From NCBI GenBank assembly GCA_951406725.2, contig OX597818.1, positions 41,974,001 through 42,038,000 of the forward strand: a DNA stretch of 64,000 nt, written 5' to 3'. The DNA comes from Octopus vulgaris (Eukaryota). This document shows positions 1 through 11,239 of the stretch, in pieces. Positions within the stretch are counted from its first letter, which is position 1, and every line of letters begins with the position of its first letter. The notes under the pieces are model-generated. The model worked only from the letters and a program-made list of their open reading frames with translations, made no database searches and was not told where the DNA came from. The translations under genes were made by a program, and so were the position numbers.

Positions 1-119
1 CCTAGAGCTGTTGAAGTTGACCATCAACCACAGTGAACTAACTACTCCAGGAAGGCCTGCAAAATTCATAGAAGCTGTCTTCCTTCTCTGATAAAACAAT
101 AAAAAAGTTGAAAAGTTAC

Positions 120-229
120 CTTTGAGTTTGGGACTGGAAATCTGTACAAGCACTTACACCAGGCAAATCACATTGACGAGCTTTCAGATTACAGATCATA
201 ATCTGACCAAATTTATCATTCATATGAAC
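120..229 (-). CDS. LCMT1: LCMT1 coding exon 4
   Basis: ttttag|VHMNDKFGQIMICNLKARQCDLPGVSACTDFQSQTQ(R)|gtaac; 110 nt. Confidence 0.92.
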
Positions 230-3200
230 CTAAAAGCAGAATGAAAAATATAAGAACATTCTACACTGTATATTACTGAATTATATCACTCTGAGATTAA
301 TTCATTTTAATCAACACTGGCAGATAGATTAATGAAATGTTTCTAGAAATTCTAAATTATTTAACTGTTTTCATAGACATTAAATTATGAATAACTGGTT
401 ACTGTCTCCAGAGACATGAGTATGCACTGTAATTCTTTCAACTATAGGCACAAGGCCTGAAATTTTGGGGGAGGGGTCAGTCAATTATATTGCCCCCAGT
501 ACTTGACTGGTACATATTTCATTGACCCTGAAAGGGTGAAAGGAAAAGTCAACATTCCTAGAATCCTAAGATTTGAAATCATTCATAATCTATCAAAAAC
601 CTTAATAATTACATACTACACTGTACATTCTTGTGGTACCTGTTTACAGCTAGGTGGACTGAGCCATGAAATTAAAGAGCCTAGATCAATACCACAACAC
701 AGTACTGGTGATCGGATTCAAACTATTAGCCTTTCAGCTGCCAAACTAAACTTTCTTGACTCAAAAAACTGTGCCTCTAATTGAATTGATTACCAGACAA
801 ATCTCTGGTTAAAGGTCATTATATAGAATTATGGAAGTGTTTTGAGAAAAATTATCTAAGTATTACATTAAAGATCAAAATCACTCTTGAATGCATTCCA
901 TTTTAAATTATTTTAACTTTTGGGATTGTCTCTCATGTCTTGCTTGACCAGAATTAATTGTTAAGCTATTGATTTAGTTCACTATATTTAGTATGTTAGC
1001 ACTGATGTATATACAAAATTACAGCTAAATCAGTTGTGGCTACTGGTAAGATTTAGTAAATAACATTTATGGGAGAAAATAAACTTATATTATATCATAT
1101 AATTAGCTACATGGTGGATACGAATTTTCAGAACAAAGACTAAATGCATCACCAAATCATTGAGTCAGGTACATAATAATACATTAATTACTGAAAATAT
1201 CAACATCAACAAATTAGTGTTTGAAATCTGATTCTTTTTTAATTTGATAATATTAATTAAAGAGGGATTTCACTCAAATGTTTTACCTGTTCATAGTTAA
1301 TGAAAAAGGCAGTTTGGAAGTTGTCAGCAATCCATTTGATCAAATTATTTGAATGGTTAGTCTCCATATATACAAGAACACACTCGGTAACAAATACAGT
1401 TGGCAACGTGTAGTCAACATTACAAGACTTCAGTTTGGCTTCTAACTCATTCACATTCCGAAGGTCAGCACCAATTAAATGATAAATATCACTATGAAGA
1501 TCATAATGATCAAATTTGATTTCACCATCTGAAATTAAATGAAGAGCTTTTATTTATACAACATCAACATCACATCACAACTACTTCCCAAATATGAAAT
1601 AGCACTGAAAAATGTGTGAAAAACAAAACAAAACAAAAACCCACCACCACCGCTGCCACCACCACCACCACCATCTTTATATTATGAAGTAAGCAGTGAT
1701 AAAAGCAAGTATCTATGAGCTTAGAGAAATTTTGCTTTTCATAATCTGTTGTCAACTAACTAAAACATCTGGGATCAAAAATGAAATTCTGAGGCCAAAA
1801 TGGGAGAAAATTTGACTAAAAAAAGATGAAAATTTATGCAAGCAATGATTAAAAGTAAATTATTTTCAAATTTCTCATATTTTGAAACATTTTTTAGAGT
1901 GTCATAATCTGTTGATCATTTTAGAGGGAATTAATCAATGGGAAATATAAGGAGATAGGTTGTCATCAAAAGCATTATAAAGTGGTTTAATGATGATGAT
2001 AATGCATACAATGCTCACCTCTTATCTAATAATAAGTATAAATGGATGTTATTTTTTTGTGCTATTATTTAGCATTTTTTAGTGCCATAGTATTTCTTAA
2101 TTTTTATATTCATCCCATATTCAGGTGCTCAGGGCAGCTACAGAGATGATACTGACAGTTATTCAGTGCAGTAAATACCATCCAAGAAAAGACACTATCA
2201 ATTTTCTGAGAGCTGAAGAAAAGTCCAGTTCATGGAAACTGCAATGATCAACATACTCTGCATAGCCCCAGCCAGGCAGCTGAGAGTAGATCTCATGGAA
2301 CAGTTAGGTTCTCAGATCATATAATTCCATCAACACTCAGACCAGATATAGTGATCTCAAAACTCCACCTAACTGATTATGACGAGGGAACTGATTCTGC
2401 TTAAGGAAGAACTTATACAGGGGGGGGGGTGGGGGGGCTCATGAGAGGAAGCTTGCTGAACACCAGGAGATGGTAGAGCAGTGCAGAAATCAAGGCTGGC
2501 AGGCACACTACAAGACAATTGAAGTGGGTTGCCATGGTTTTGTTGGGAATTCATTCTGCAAGGCTCTGACTGGGCTTGGAATTACTGGTGCAACAAAAAG
2601 ACGAAGGCAATAAATTCCATCACTGAAGCTGCAGAGAAGGTCATTAGGAGGCTTTGAATAAGGAGGGCAGACCAGTTGTCTGCTACTCCTGGGATGCAAG
2701 CTGGATCCACTAGGTGATAGTCTGATTTTGAAGGACACAAAACCCCTGAAACATCACTGATGACAATTGCCAAAGCATCCATAAAATGAATCCAAAAACT
2801 AGGCTTGAGTCCAGAGATAATGACTTCATTGTTAATTTTCTGGATACTTAATTTGATCCCACAATTAGTTCTTGTGCTTGTTAAGGCTAAAATACAGTTT
2901 TAAATGTTCTCTTTCTTATATGATAAAAAATCATAAAGCTAATGATACCAATGACTATTTAAAAAAAAATTAAAACCGGTTTCGAGCCTCACCCCCAACT
3001 TACATATTTTGTAAATAGATATACCAAATTAGGTGAAGCAAGTGTTGTAATATATAAGGTTACTTGGATGGTCTTTAAGCTTATATGAGAAATGGGTATT
3101 TCGAATGTGATGCATGAAGACTCTTCAGCCCTACACAAAAAACATGCCCCTTTCTACCCACACATACATTCACATTTAACAGACAACAGAACCCCATTGA

Positions 3201-6200
3201 TATATTATAATTTTTAAATTGATGCTTGAAGTACTCATTCAGATCTTAGCTGAAACTTTTCAAGTGATGGTCTATCCAAATATTAAATCAAACAACAGCC
3301 TCATTATTCTAAATCTCATAGAACATAAACCCCCAGCAGCTGTTTAGGTTGGACTAACTTGAAGCTAATCAAAAATTAACTCAATTCATAATCTCTCTAT
3401 ATATAAACGGCAAAATGTCCGTGTGCGTGTCCTTTATACAAATCCACAACTTTTCAGTTAGAGGGCTCGCACTTTCTATGGTCATTCAAAACCGTCCAAG
3501 GTTGGTTGTGCACATCTTTACATTTCCCCAGTCACCCCGCAAAGCCATTAAAAAATCAATAGAAGTGATTCTTTTGTGAATTTTCTACCCAAAACCCAAT
3601 CAAAATGCCCGAAACTTGATATGCCAATTGAATACCAGCTAGCTGTATGTGACTGGTCGAAAATTTGGACAGTACTCGCATGTATGTTCGCACACACGGA
3701 GCTGTATATGCATGCACTAGCACTATGACCCGGCGTTGCCGGGTCATAGTGCTAGTGATTATTAAAAAAAGTTCATAGACATCATTTAGACAACGAGAAT
3801 AGAATGGTGTGAGCTGGTACTAATGGTAGAAAAGTGACAATAAGAGAAATGATACAATAATTACAAAAATAAGTACAATAATTTTATTGATCCCAAGTGA
3901 GTTAAAGGAAAGTCAACTTTGGCAGGAATTAAATACAGAAGTAGATGGCTAGAAATCAAATATCAAAACATTGTTTGGTCAAACAATCTGTGATTTCTGC
4001 CAAATTGATACTCTCCAATGAAGAAAATTACATTTTTGATTTATATTTTCGACATTGATGGTAGTGGTGTTGATGACAAAATTATTATAATTAAGATTAA
4101 ATGATAATATAGAATATGCTCACATGCCTTCAGAAGTCAAATTTTGGAGAAGACGTTTTCGAGATTTGATGTAATGGCATTTCTTTGCAGTCACACTCTG
4201 GAAATCCACTTCAATATAAGATTTTGGGATCAGGTTCTTGTCTTTAAATTGCCAAAAAGTTGTGTCATATCCTGCTCCTAGGTTAATAACTTGACAGTTA
4301 CATTGGGTATGCTAAAAGTATATAGAAGAAAAAAATATTCTGTTGCTAAAATATATGAAGATTTGGGATGACCAGAAGTTAGAGAAGCAAAATGTACTGA
4401 AACAAATGTGGAACTTCATAGGAAAATTGAAAATACTATTGAATTGTGATGACTAGAGATGAAGATCTGATGAGCAAAATCAGTGAAACATTTATAAATT
4501 CTGGTTATTAATGTTCGTGAAAAAGACACAAATGTTACATAACTTTATTTTCCTCACTTATATATATATGAGAGATTAATATCAGCAAGTAAGAAACCAA
4601 TGATAAATGCGTCAAGTATCTTAGTGTAGAATTAAAAATCACAGCTGACCATCAGTAAATATTACAAATAGTTGCATTGGTTGGTGTTAACATTAATGTA
4701 GTGAACTAAGACATTTTAAAGATTATACATAATCAGTGAAGAACTAGGCTGGAGATAGGTAGAGCACATGTCTGAGGTGCCAAATTTTTAAAGGATCTCA
4801 TAAAGCTACTACTTTCTTTTACTGAACCATACACCAAGAAAACTAAATAGTACGTCATCATCATCATCGTTTAACGTCCGTTTTCCATGCTAGCATGGGT
4901 TGGACGGTTCGACCGGGGTCTGGGAAGTCTGGTGGCTGCACCAGGCTCCAGTCTGATCTGGCAGTGTTTCTACAGCTGGATGCCCTTCCTAATGCCAACC
5001 ATTCCTCTGTTATTGCCTGGAGGACTATGATGAATAAAAGGGGACTGAGGGCTGAACCTTGATCGACCCCTACTTCTACCCGGAATTCTTCACTATACTC
5101 ATTGCCAATCCTAACCTAACTAACGGCCTCTCTGTAAAGGGCCTATACAGCCCTTACTAACCATTCGTCAATCTCCAGTTTCTGCATTGCCTACCAGATA
5201 AGGGATCAGAGAACCTTGTCAAAGGCTTTCTCCAAGTCCACAAAAGCTAAGTATAGGAGTTGTCGAACCAGGAATATGGCATCAGTGGTGCTTCTATTTG
5301 GCACAAAACCGAACTGCATCTCATCTAAGCAGACTCTCTCCCTGATGGGATGGGCTATGATCCTCTCCGTGATCTTCATCACCTGATCCAGTAGTCTGAT
5401 ACCCCTGCAGTTATTTCTGTCTAGAGCATCACCTTTACCCTTGTAGCAGTTAAGAAAATAAACTTAAATTCTAAAACCAGCAACTAAAACCAAACTAAAG
5501 TGAGCATATCCCACTGGATGTATGATAGTAGTGAGCATGAATGATAGAGAATCGGAACGTAGGAATCTGATGTTGTGTACAAAAGAAAAGACTGCATTAT
5601 CTGGGCATGTGTATAGAACTTGTATGGCCATGTGTATAAAAGACAGCTTAGCTGGCCGAAACTTCAAAGTCACTATCAATACTATTCTAATTGAGGAATA
5701 ATAAATTTTTATGTTGTTTGTAAGCTTAAACACACACAGGAAAAGTAAAAGTAAGAAAAGCACTAAAGTTTTTATCTAATATCAAAATATAGTATCAATG
5801 AATGTTACCCTATTATTTCAAAATACAATGAATATAGAAAATAGTGTTAAATCTTTTTCTTCCAGTTCAACCCAAGTTGAATATTTTCAAAGTCACTAAG
5901 TGTTTTTATTGAATAACATTAAATGTTGTTACATAATTTTAAAAGTAGTATATATTAAAATAAAAACAATTATAGTCACTGCTGAATCCCTAACAATAAT
6001 AGAGTAGTAGTTCTGAATGTAAACGCTTTAATAACACAAGACATCAAGTTACTTCAAGGGATATAATTAACTCAATAAAGGGATGTAATAAAGTTATGTC
6101 TATTAAAACACAATGCATTTAATTTTGGCTAATCTGTTTATAAACTGCATTTTTTTGTCTATTTGTTTTTCTATAACTGAATTGCTACATTGAGAAAAAA

Positions 6201-7606
6201 TAAAAATAAAAATAAATTCACCAAAATTTATGACCCACAAATATCTATATGTTGATTCAGAGAATTTTTTCTTGTGTATGGTTCCTTAATTTGCTGATGG
6301 TTTAGTGTTATTCTTCCATAAGGTACCAGTTCAGGTTAGCCAATATAATGCTCTCTGCAATTAAATTTCCTTAGTAGTAAGTTATTTTTGATTTTCAAAA
6401 ATAGAACCTTTCTTGAAATGGAATTTGGTATCTTCTAAGTAGATGAATGTTGCACATGTATGCTTATACATTTAATAAAAAGAAATTTGTTTTTAGATTC
6501 CACTTTTCTTTCCCTTTCAATTATCGGCCATTTACCATGATTTTTTTTTTTTCATCTTTTGTTATTATAGTTAGGTTTTGATGAATTCTTCTGAAGACTT
6601 CCTAAACTTCTTTTTAAAAAGAGTCACAGGAACTGGCTTAAATTGTAAAAAAAAACATTGGTTTTTATGGATGCCATTTATTGACTTGTGCTGGTTGTGA
6701 TGAACCCTTGTGAATCCCCCTAATGTAATGAGGAGAATTATTAGCTTATCTAATTAAAAAATGGCAGGGAGACAACCACAATAAATAAAATTGTATCAAA
6801 ACAGCGGTTGTAAATTTTAAAAGCCATTTTTATTTATTGTGGTTGTCTCCCTGCCACTTTTTAATTAGGTAAGCTAATAAGCCATTTTATTTGATACAAT
6901 TTTATTTATTTAATTTTGTTGAATGAATATTGGCTATGTCCAGGTTGATGTTAAAAATTTTACCTGATGATGATGAATTATATATTTTGATGTAATCTTC
7001 TATAACTATTAACTGAATAAAATTTTACCAAAACAGCTGTCATAAATTTTACTTTTTATACCTACACCACACCAAGGACCCACCTGAGTCAGATCTATGA
7101 CTTAAGTTGGATTTGGTACTGGCAATATGTTCCCAACCCTTGATGTCTTCAATGTTCTTTATCTCACTGTGAGCTCTATGTTATTGTACCTAACTATTTT
7201 TGGCGTCCTGCGAGTTGATGTACCTTGATTCTTGTGAATCAGTATTACTCTTATTGATAGTGACTTTGAAGTTTCGGCCAGTTAAGTCATCGTCACACTG
7301 TGATGCACTGAAGTTAATCTTGGCTTTATATAGTCTCCATTGAATAAAAATCTTCCACACACCCAAAGAAGATTTTAACTCAAGATAGACCATATAAAGC
7401 CAAGATTAACTTCAAGGCATCAAAGTCTGACAATGGCATAACTGGTCGAAACTTCGAAGTCACTGACAATAATATCCTTGTTTAAGAATAATGTGCATGT
7501 GTGTGTGTATAATGGGTAATAAAATGTTTTACACCTGGTAGCTTACTGGTAAAGCACAGTCACTTTCAAGTGATTGTTATGTATATTATATCTTCCGTCT
7601 TTCATT

Positions 7607-7644
<38 letters not shown>

Positions 7645-10571
7645 TCATCATCATTGTTTAATGTCTGCTTTCAATGCTAGCATGGGTTGGACGATTTGAC
7701 TGAGGACTGGCAAACCAGATGGCTGTACCAGGCTCCAATCTGATCTGGCAGAGTCTCTACAGCTGGATGCCCTTCCTAACACCAACCACTCCAAGAGTGT
7801 AGTGGGTGCTTTTACGTTCCACCGGCACAAGGGCCAGTCAGGTGGTACTGGCAATGGCTATGCTCAAATGGTGTTTTTTACGTGCTACCTGTACAGGAGC
7901 CAGTCCAGCGGCACTGGCAACGGCCTCGCTCGAATGTTTTTTCACGAGCCACCGGCACAATTGCCAGTAAGGCAACGCTGGTAACGATCATGCTCGGATG
8001 GTGCTTTTTACATGCGACCGGCACGGAAGCTAGTTTGCTGCTCTGGCAATGACCACGCTCGGATAGTGCTCTTAGTACTCCACTAGCACGGATGCCAGTC
8101 AACGAATTTGATTTCGAAATTTTAGTGGAAACATTTTGAATATGCAAATTAAGCTCCTATTCCATTATGCCAGCCACAGTCTAATGATGCTGACTGATGA
8201 ACCAGTTTTTTGGGGTTGCACCAAGCAGTACCAATACAATGTAGGATAAATTAATAATAATAACAATAATCCTGGGATGGAATTTATAAATATCTTAATG
8301 CATTGATACGTGCGTTTGCACAAATCACATATCTCTTAAGATCACAGTCTGTATTCTTGGGGTGATTACAGAGTAGTCCATGATATCTGTGGGCATTGGG
8401 TAGATCATCTTCATGATTCATTTCTAAAGGTTGTATAACATTAACACAGACTGTGATCTTAAGAGATATGTGATTTGTGGAAATGTGTGTAGCACTGCAT
8501 TAAAATATTCATAAATTCTATCTAAGGATTATTGTTATTATTACTACACACACACACATATATATATGAACCTAGTATGCTTTGCTGAATGTATAATGTC
8601 AGTGTGCATGCACAACAGAGTGAAAGTGTCCTGGGAGAAAAGTTGGGCATAAGAAGCATCAGATGTGGTGTGCAAGAGAGACAACTGCGCTGGTATGGTC
8701 ATGTGATGCATATGAATGAAGACAGCTGTGTGATGAAGTGTCACACTCTAACGGTGGAGGGGACATGTGAAAGAGTTGGACCCAAAATGACACGGGACAA
8801 GATGGTGAAGCATGATCTTTAAATGCTGGGCTTCACAGAGGCAATGACAAATGACTAAAACCTTTGACAATATGCCGTGCTTGAGAAGGTCCTTCAAGCC
8901 AAGCGAGATTGTAGTCATGGCTGATGCCAATGTCGCGTAACTGACTGTTAAAAGCACCCTCCAATCATTGGGCGATATGTTGTGCTTGTGAAGACCTGTC
9001 GAAATGAGTGATATCATAGTCATGGCTGATGTCAGTGCAATCTGATTGGCAACCATGCTAATGCCACATAAAAAGCACCGTTCGAGTTTTGGGCATCACA
9101 GAAGTAATGACAGGTGACCAAGACATTTGGCAATATACCGTGCTTGTGTAGAACTGTCAAGTCAAGTGAGACTGTAGTCGTAGCTGATGCTGGTGTCAAG
9201 TCAATGGCACCCATACCGGTTGCACGAAAAAAACAAAAAAAACTCACTACACTCTCGGAAAGGTTGGCGCCAGGAAGGGTATCCTGCCAAAACGTTTTGG
9301 AACCTAGTGCAGCTCTCCAGCTTACCAGTTTTCAGTCAAACCGTCCAACCTATGCCAGCATGGAAAGCGGACGTTAAATGATAATGATATATATGGTAGC
9401 TGCCTATATACAGAAACTAAGCACATTTCGTCGTTTCAATAAACCAATATAATAGGAATTTAAAGAATTTCTATATCTTTGTAGTCACTTCATTTTATTA
9501 AATAATCCGTAAAGAGTCAAACTTGAGACTTTTAGTGGGTTCATTCGTTTAAAGTGAAACAATACCACAGTAATATTTTCATATTTAGTCGAGTATTTGG
9601 CAGGAGAACAGTTGTCAATATGTATACATAAAAGTATGTTACCCTCTAGACTGGTTAATACAGCACGCTTGCGAAGCAATATTCTGAAGCTAGTCTCCAG
9701 ATATACAAACCTTTGCAAAGATCTGAGTTACCTCAACGAATTGTAGAGCTGTCATAAGGAAGATACAAAAATACTAAAAATTGACAAATCTGTACTTTTT
9801 CCAGCCTCTTATCTTTGAGATTGCAAGAATACAGCTTGACTATAAAATCGATGACACTCGCAATAACAAGCTTGTTTTTAGCGATACTTGACAAAGTGAT
9901 AGTGGTACGTTATAATCAAAGACAGGCCTTACTAATGTGAAATGATTGCGTACACAAACGCCTTTATAGTCACATATGGATTGTATGTAATTATGTAAAC
10001 TGTCTAATAATGAGTAATTACAGCCTGCTGCAAATTCGACTTGCAGTCTCGATACTAGAACTTTTCGATAAAACAGTACAGATGTTAACATAAAAAACAA
10101 TATCAGCAAATACAGAAACGAAACTCAGTTTCGAAAACGGTTACCTGTGAAAATGTTAACTTAAACAGTATATTACTGGAGATGTTTAGAGACGAAATGG
10201 TTCAAAGCCTTAATAATTGTTATCTGAACATGCTAAAAATTTACAAAATTGATATAATGGAGACTTGTTTAAAACGCTGGTAATTGAATCATATCTCAAA
10301 ATTTATTCCTAAATTCAGATAGATCAAATGTGGTTAATATCAAGTGGTTTGTTGTTCAATATAAACTAACCTTAAGAAACTTTTCAAGCAGAAGATGAAT
10401 TCCTTTTACACGCGCATAGTAACCTCGGTTTATCTCCGGCGTGTGGATATCCGTGCCTCGCATCGCAAGCATAGAGATATAAGGGTCAATCCAATAGCCT
10501 TTATCTACAGCGAAACGCTTGCATTGCGAAGCATCATCGTTAGTGCTCATAACAGCTTCGTCACTAGCCAT
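120..10571 (-). CDS. LCMT1: Leucine carboxyl methyltransferase 1 (PP2A methyltransferase); spliced, 3' part lies beyond the left edge
   Basis: Exons 10571-10371, 4311-4128, 1528-1287 and 229-120 join in frame. Motifs: DDASQCKRFAV..GYW.DPY, PEINRGYYARV, QVINLGAGYDTTFW, EVDF, YHLIGADLR, PTVFVTECVLVYM, FINYEQV..NDKFGQIM. Confidence 0.95.
1287..1528 (-). CDS. LCMT1: LCMT1 coding exon 3
   Basis: tttcag|AT GGT GAA..; DGEIKFDHYDLHSDIYHLIGADLRN...FFINYEQ|gtaaaa; 242 nt. Confidence 0.93.
2120..2765 (+). mobile_element. Degraded 3' end of a HERO/NeSL-type non-LTR retrotransposon (restriction-like endonuclease)
   Basis: Broken frames read QLRVDL..., STLRPDIVI, AHERKLAEHQEMVEQCRNQGWQAHYKTIEVGCHGFVG..., ITEAAEK. 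Confidence 0.75.
3392..3755 (+). mobile_element. Non-autonomous Helitron
   Basis: A|TC start (TCTCTCTATATATAAA..TGTCCGTGTG), GC-rich terminal hairpin, CTAG|T end. Confidence 0.7.
4128..4311 (-). CDS. LCMT1: LCMT1 coding exon 2 (SAM-binding motif I)
   Basis: Acceptor ttttag|; HTQCNCQVINLGAGYDTTFW...LQNLTSE; 184 nt ending at a GC donor (AAG|GCATGT). Confidence 0.9.
4855..5452 (-). mobile_element. RTE-clade LINE: reverse-transcriptase fragment joined to the (GAT)n-ended 3' tail
   Basis: Minus strand reads YKGKGDAL.RNNCRGIRLL, DEMQFGFVPNRSTTDAIF, AFVDLEKAFDKV, GVDQGSALSPLLF. Confidence 0.85.
6738..6880. repeat. Foldback inverted repeat, about 53-bp arms
   Basis: 6738-6790 is the near-perfect reverse complement of 6828-6880. 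Confidence 0.9.
7251..7472. repeat. Inverted repeat of a Penelope-like terminal sequence
   Basis: Arms 7251-7336 and 7387-7472; related single copies near 5640-5700 and 13590-13680. Confidence 0.7.
7640..8118 (-). mobile_element. RTE LINE 3' tail / tail-derived SINE-like repeat
   Basis: (CAT)n end, core GCTGGATGCCCTTCCTAA, internal ~60-bp tandem units. Confidence 0.85.
8253..8543. mobile_element. MITE-like foldback, about 100-bp arms
   Basis: ...CACAAATCACATATCTCTTAAGATCACAGTCTGT mirrored by ACAGACTGTGATCTTAAGAGATATGTGATTTGTG... Confidence 0.8.
8577..9390 (+). mobile_element. RTE LINE ORF C-terminus plus 3' tail
   Basis: EKLGIRSIRCGVQERQLRWYGHVMHM...VEGTC continues into the tail repeat. 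Confidence 0.85.
10371..10571 (-). CDS. LCMT1: LCMT1 coding exon 1
   Basis: ATG at 10571; MASDEAVMSTNDDASQCKRF...LLEKFLK; phase-0 donor AG|GTTAGT. Confidence 0.93.
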
Positions 10572-11167
10572 GCTTTAATAAATTAATAAATCACGATGTA
10601 GAAGTAAATAAAAGTGTGTTCGCAGCCATAGTGTACAAGTCACTGAGAGTTATCTACCCTGATTCCGTTGTTGTCGTTGCTGCATTAAAATATATGGAGA
10701 CCTATATTTGCAATAAATTCCCTTCCTCGGAACGCTCTCAAAATGTATTATTTAAAATGAAAATTTTTATTTACACCACCTTTACTTTCAAATGTACACT
10801 ACGCTAAATTAATTACAAACTATATTTTATCTTATTTTTCGAATGTCATCAAAATAACTCAAAAAGAGAGCTTGAAAACAGGAAATAAATACATTTTGTG
10901 TCTTGTCTCAACTTCGAGAAATGCGAGAAAAACGGTTATTAAACGCAGTAATGACATTCAAAAAATAGCATCTATGTTTCTGTGATGAATTTGACTAGTT
11001 GGAAGTCTAAATTTACTAAACTGCTAATAAACAATCATAGCAATGTAATTATTATGATAGATTTGGTTTAAAAAATCGATTATACCGCATTCGAAGGATC
11101 TCGTCAATTGTTATCATTAAAACTATCCATAGTTCTGGCCGAATCGAAAATATCGCGGGAAACGAAA
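10572..11167. promoter_or_regulatory. Putative bidirectional promoter and 5' UTRs shared by LCMT1 and POLD3
   Basis: 596 bp between divergent start codons; visibly more CpG than the flanks; E2F-type site GCGGGAAA at 11155-11162; YY1-like AAAATGGCG over the POLD3 ATG. Confidence 0.7.
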
Positions 11168-11239
11168 ATGGCGTCCACATCCATCGATACAATGTATCTG
11201 GATAATTTAGATGAATATATCAATGATGAAAACAAAGTT
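11168..11239 (+). CDS. POLD3: POLD3 exon 1
   Basis: MASTSIDTMYLDNLDEYINDENKV|gtaagt. Confidence 0.92.

Noticed and set aside
1-119. Further LCMT1 exon at the window edge
   Set aside because: The minus-strand translation does not resemble the LCMT1 C-terminus; treated as intron.
4468-4505. Hammerhead-like CTGATGA...GAAAC (similar partial motifs at 14330 and 41213)
   Set aside because: Stems I-III cannot be formed convincingly.
7651-8147. Recurrent '[30 protein letters not shown]' ORF family (also at 15867, 16656, 42700 and 50863)
   Set aside because: These are translations of the same repeat with inconsistent frames, starts and stops; not a gene family.
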